The notes under the pieces were generated by a model that searched no databases, was not told the origin of the DNA, and saw only the letters and a list, made by a program, of their open reading frames with translations. The position numbers and the translations under genes are program-made. DNA of 64,000 bases from the NCBI GenBank assembly GCA_031414775.1, contig JANOQI010000041.1, forward strand, positions 1 through 64,000, read 5' to 3'. Below, piece after piece: positions 60,528 through 64,000 of the stretch (position 1 is its first letter; each line of letters starts with the position of its first letter). The DNA is from Synechococcales cyanobacterium VAR_4_metabat_354 (lineage in GTDB: Bacteria; Cyanobacteriota; Cyanobacteriia; Cyanobacteriales; Chamaesiphonaceae).

Positions 60528-63068
60528 ATGACTAAACAGAATTTGGTAGTTGTCGGCAATGGCATGGTTGGGCACAAGTTCCTAGAACGCATGGTGGGCA
60601 AGGATGCTCATCAAGATTGGAACCTAATCACCTTCTGCGAAGAACCCCGGGTGGCTTACGATCGAGTCAATCTGAGTGGCTTTTTTGCGGGTAAGACAGT
60701 AGCCGATTTAACGCTGGTTGAACCTAACTTCTACCAAGACAATGGCATTCAGCTGCATCTAGGCGATCGAGTAATGGAGATCGATCGAGATGCCAAAACC
60801 GTGACCTCGGCCAATGGCGTGGTTACGCCCTACGACAAAATTGTTTTAGCCACTGGCTCTTACCCCTTTGTGCCACCAATCAAAGGTAGTCTCACTGAAG
60901 GAACCTTTGTTTATCGGACGATCGATGACTTAGAAGCCATGTTGGCCTTCGCCACTAATTGTCAGACGGGGGTCGTCGTTGGTGGTGGTCTGCTGGGCTT
61001 GGAATGTGCTAACGCCATCCAAAATATGGGATTAACCACCCATGTAGTAGAATTTGCTCCGCGTCTGATGCCGGTGCAGGTGGATGAGATGGGTGGTCTG
61101 ACCCTCAAAAATAAAATTGCCGAACTGGGTGTGACTATTCATACCAGCAAATCCACCACCGAAATTGTCAGCAACAACGGCCGCGTCCAGAAAATGCTGT
61201 TTGCTGATGGCAGTGAATTGCTGACCGATATGATTGTATTTTCCGCCGGAATCCGTCCCCGCGACGAAATGGCGCGACAATGTGGCTTGGCGGTTGGCGA
61301 TCGCGGCGGCATTGTGATTAACGATCACTGTCAAACCTCTGACCCAGATATTTACGCGATCGGCGAATGCGTGCTCCACCAAAATCGGGTCTACGGCTTA
61401 GTGGCTCCTGGTTACACGATGGCCACTGTCGCTGCTGACAACCTTTGCGAACTGGGTAGCAATACCTTCACTGGTGCGGACATGTCTACCAAGCTCAAGC
61501 TGTTGGGAGTTGATGTAGCCAGTTTTGGGGATGCCTTCGCCACCACGCCTGGAGCAAAAGAAATTGCGATCTCTGACGCGATCGCCGGTACTTACAAGAA
61601 ATTAGTGGTGAACGAAACTGGCAATCAGTTGCTGGGCGGGATGCTAGTTGGTGATGCCAGCGCCTACGGCAATCTGTTGCAACTAGTCCAAAACCAAATT
61701 GTCTTGCCGCCCCATCCCGAAGATTTGATTTTGCCAGAACGTAGTGGTAAAGCAGCGGGCATGGGCGTGGACAGCTTCCCGGACAGTTCTCAAATCTGTT
61801 CTTGTAACAACGTCACTAAAGGCCAAATCTGCACCGCTATTCAAGAGCATGGTTTTACGGAAGTCGGGGCGGTGAAAAAATGTACTAACGCTGGCACTGG
61901 CTGTGGTGGCTGTGTGCCGCTCGTTACTGATATCTTGAAGATGGAGATGAAGAAGGCTGGACTAGAGGTCAAAAACAATCTCTGTGAGCATTTTGCCTAT
62001 TCCCGCCAAGATTTGTATCTGCTAGTGCGATCGCAACAAATTCACACCTTTGATGATTTATTGGTGCGTCATGGTGCTGGTAAGGGGTGCGAAATCTGTA
62101 AGCCAGCAGTGGGTTCGATTTTGGCCTCGGCCTGGAATGATTATGTCTTGAACCCACCCCATGTGGGATTGCAGGACACCAACGATGCGTTCCTGGCCAA
62201 TATCCAAAAGGACGGTACCTATTCGGTGATTCCGCGCGTTCCCGGCGGTGAAATTACTCCTGATGGTTTGATGGCGATCGGTGCGATTGCTAAAGAATTT
62301 GGTCTCTATACCAAAATAACTGGAGCGCAGCGCATTGATTTGCTAGGTGCCCGGGTCGATCAATTGCCTCAGATTTGGCAAAAGTTGATCGCTGCTGGGT
62401 TTGAGTCTGGTCATGCTTATGGCAAAGCTTTGCGGACTGTCAAATCCTGTGTCGGCAGCACTTGGTGCCGCTTTGGGGTGCAAGATTCTGTGAGTCTGGC
62501 GATCGATGTCGAGCTGCGTTATCGCGGTCTTCGTGCTCCTCACAAGTTTAAATCAGCGGTTTCCGGCTGTACCCGTGAATGCGCCGAAGCCCAGAGCAAA
62601 GATTTTGGAATTATTGCCACCGAAAAAGGCTGGAACCTTTATGTCTGCGGCAATGGCGGCATGAAGCCCCAACACGCCCAATTGCTGGCCGAGGATCTCG
62701 ATCGAGAGACCTTGATTAAATATATTGATCGTTTCCTGATGTTTTATATCCGCACTGCCAATCGTCTTGAGCGCACCGCCACCTGGTTCAACAAACTGGA
62801 AGGCGGCCTGGATTATCTTAAGCAAGTGGTGATTCATGACTCACTTGGTCTCTGTGCTGAGTTTGAAGCGGAAATGGCCAGTCAGGTAGCTACTTACCAG
62901 TGTGAATGGCAAGCAACCATTGCGGACCCAGCTAAGTTGCAGCGGTTTAGTCATTTTGTGAATAGTGATCAACCCGATCCTAGCTTGATGCGGGTGGCCG
63001 AGCGAGGACAAACTCGTCCAGCCTACGACCATGAAAAAATCTTAGTTACTCCAGGTGCGGAGCATTAA
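60528..63068 (+). CDS. nirB: NAD(P)H-dependent nitrite reductase large subunit
   Basis: VVGNGMVG FAD site, GGGLLGLE NAD site, CSCNNV and GTGCGGC BFD-like boxes, CVGSTWC and SGCTREC siroheme/Fe-S ligands; start at MTKQN. Confidence 0.95.
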   Translation: MTKQNLVVVGNGMVGHKFLERMVGKDAHQDWNLITFCEEPRVAYDRVNLSGFFAGKTVADLTLVEPNFYQDNGIQLHLGDRVMEIDRDAKTVTSANGVVTPYDKIVLATGSYPFVPPIKGSLTEGTFVYRTIDDLEAMLAFATNCQTGVVVGGGLLGLECANAIQNMGLTTHVVEFAPRLMPVQVDEMGGLTLKNKIAELGVTIHTSKSTTEIVSNNGRVQKMLFADGSELLTDMIVFSAGIRPRDEMARQCGLAVGDRGGIVINDHCQTSDPDIYAIGECVLHQNRVYGLVAPGYTMATVAADNLCELGSNTFTGADMSTKLKLLGVDVASFGDAFATTPGAKEIAISDAIAGTYKKLVVNETGNQLLGGMLVGDASAYGNLLQLVQNQIVLPPHPEDLILPERSGKAAGMGVDSFPDSSQICSCNNVTKGQICTAIQEHGFTEVGAVKKCTNAGTGCGGCVPLVTDILKMEMKKAGLEVKNNLCEHFAYSRQDLYLLVRSQQIHTFDDLLVRHGAGKGCEICKPAVGSILASAWNDYVLNPPHVGLQDTNDAFLANIQKDGTYSVIPRVPGGEITPDGLMAIGAIAKEFGLYTKITGAQRIDLLGARVDQLPQIWQKLIAAGFESGHAYGKALRTVKSCVGSTWCRFGVQDSVSLAIDVELRYRGLRAPHKFKSAVSGCTRECAEAQSKDFGIIATEKGWNLYVCGNGGMKPQHAQLLAEDLDRETLIKYIDRFLMFYIRTANRLERTATWFNKLEGGLDYLKQVVIHDSLGLCAEFEAEMASQVATYQCEWQATIADPAKLQRFSHFVNSDQPDPSLMRVAERGQTRPAYDHEKILVTPGAEH

Positions 63069-63151
63069 CTGCTAGCAACTGTTTGATCATGGCGGCGGTC
63101 ATCTGCCGCTTTTTCAATTCTCCCTCACCCAATTACTTCTTACTTCAACTT

Positions 63152-63490
63152 ATGACTTCATTGTTAACCATGACTTGGACTACTGTTTGCCCTCTCAGCC
63201 GCATCCTGCCTAATACTGGTGTTTGTGCCCTGATTGCTGGTCAGCAAGTGGCGATTTTTCGGGTGGGTGAATCGGAGGTGTATGCGATCGACAACTACGA
63301 TCCTTTTAGTGAAGCCTTTGTGCTATCGCGGGGGATTATCGGCGATCGTAACGGTATCCCTAAAGTGGCCTCTCCTATTTATAAACAGAACTTCAATTTA
63401 ATCACTGGGCAATGTTTGGATGATGATACTGTTAGTGTTGCTGTCTATGCTGTCCAAGTGGTAAATGATAATGTGCAGATTGGCACCTAA
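63152..63490 (+). CDS. nirD: Nitrite reductase small subunit
   Basis: W..VC....I.P.TGVCAL....QVAIFR, N.DPFS.A.VLSRGI.GD, VASP.YKQ.F.L.TG.C. Confidence 0.93.
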   Translation: MTSLLTMTWTTVCPLSRILPNTGVCALIAGQQVAIFRVGESEVYAIDNYDPFSEAFVLSRGIIGDRNGIPKVASPIYKQNFNLITGQCLDDDTVSVAVYAVQVVNDNVQIGT

Positions 63491-63677
63491 TTGAGTAGCT
63501 GCTGTGAATATCTATAGACAAAAAAATAAAATTTTGTCTGCCAATTTGGGATCAGCTATACTTATCGGATGTGTATTATCGTCAGTGAGCGAGGATGTCA
63601 TCTTTAACAATGGCACTAACTGCTTGAGATAAGTTCTGCTTTGGGTTTAGCCTACTTTTATTTAGAGATGATATCCT

Positions 63678-64000
63678 ATGGAAATCACCACCACAGATTA
63701 TTCAAAAGACCAAATCGAGCCAACACAGTCGCTAACTGTACGTATTCCCGAAGCAACATTAGATGAGCTTTTTGAGGAACAGCTCGATGACCTGCTGCGA
63801 ATGGAAGAAATCAAGCCAAGAAAAATAAAGCAGTCTGTACCGCCATCTAATTCCCCGAGCCAAAAAAAAATAAAAGAGGCTGTGTCAACGCCAGAAATAA
63901 AGCAGCTGCCCCCTGTCACAGAAGTAGTGATTGACCAGCAGCATCAACTAGAAGAATATCAACGTCAGTTGAATACTCAAGAGCAACAAATTAAGGCGCA
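63678..64000 (+). CDS. Hypothetical protein, 5' part (runs off the window)
   Basis: Open frame from ATG 63678 (MEITTTDYSKDQIEP...QQHQLEEYQRQLNTQEQQIK) with no stop to the window end; Gln/Glu-rich coiled-coil tendency. Confidence 0.6.
   Translation, partial: MEITTTDYSKDQIEPTQSLTVRIPEATLDELFEEQLDDLLRMEEIKPRKIKQSVPPSNSPSQKKIKEAVSTPEIKQLPPVTEVVIDQQHQLEEYQRQLNTQEQQIKA

Noticed and set aside
502..63919. Numerous 60-150 aa ORFs antisense to or nested in identified genes (e.g. 502-837, 11698-12063, 40052-40495, 54100-54351, 63698-63919)
   Set aside because: Shadow ORFs of real genes with no motifs or independent translation signals.
1..64000. CRISPR array, rRNA or prophage
   Set aside because: No regularly spaced direct repeats, rRNA-like sequence, cas genes or phage genes were seen.

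Overview
Cyanobacterial chromosomal segment (psb28, a CruP-like cyclase, a PetC3-like Rieske protein, and dense CGATCG/HIP1-type palindromes). It is mostly housekeeping: rps1, HU, cobD, mnmE, dapB, uvrC, cbiT, pgk, scpB, glyQ, aroC, glmS and tRNA-Ser(GGA). The window starts in the 3' end of an IS982-type transposase and ends inside an unknown ORF. The main accessory feature is an AT-rich four-gene minus-strand cassette (25.0-29.4 kb). It encodes a sugar-phosphate cyclase with 2-deoxy-scyllo-inosose synthase (BtrC-like) motifs, an MFS transporter, a ketose-3-epimerase-like TIM barrel and an SDR, with no aminotransferase. This is a candidate cyclitol (deoxyinositol/quercitol-type) biosynthesis and export system, and it has a MITE-like element upstream. 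Other points of interest: NADH-type nirBD; an FAD sugar-dehydrogenase pair lacking the Tat signal and cytochrome subunit; a secreted EndoU nuclease; a TPR-CHAT protein with a broken catalytic motif; an unannotated 31-aa membrane microprotein; a candidate structured RNA leader upstream of an AAA ATPase; and a PatU-like mini-ORF. No CRISPR array, rRNA or prophage was seen. All family assignments come from motif recognition by eye, not from database searches.
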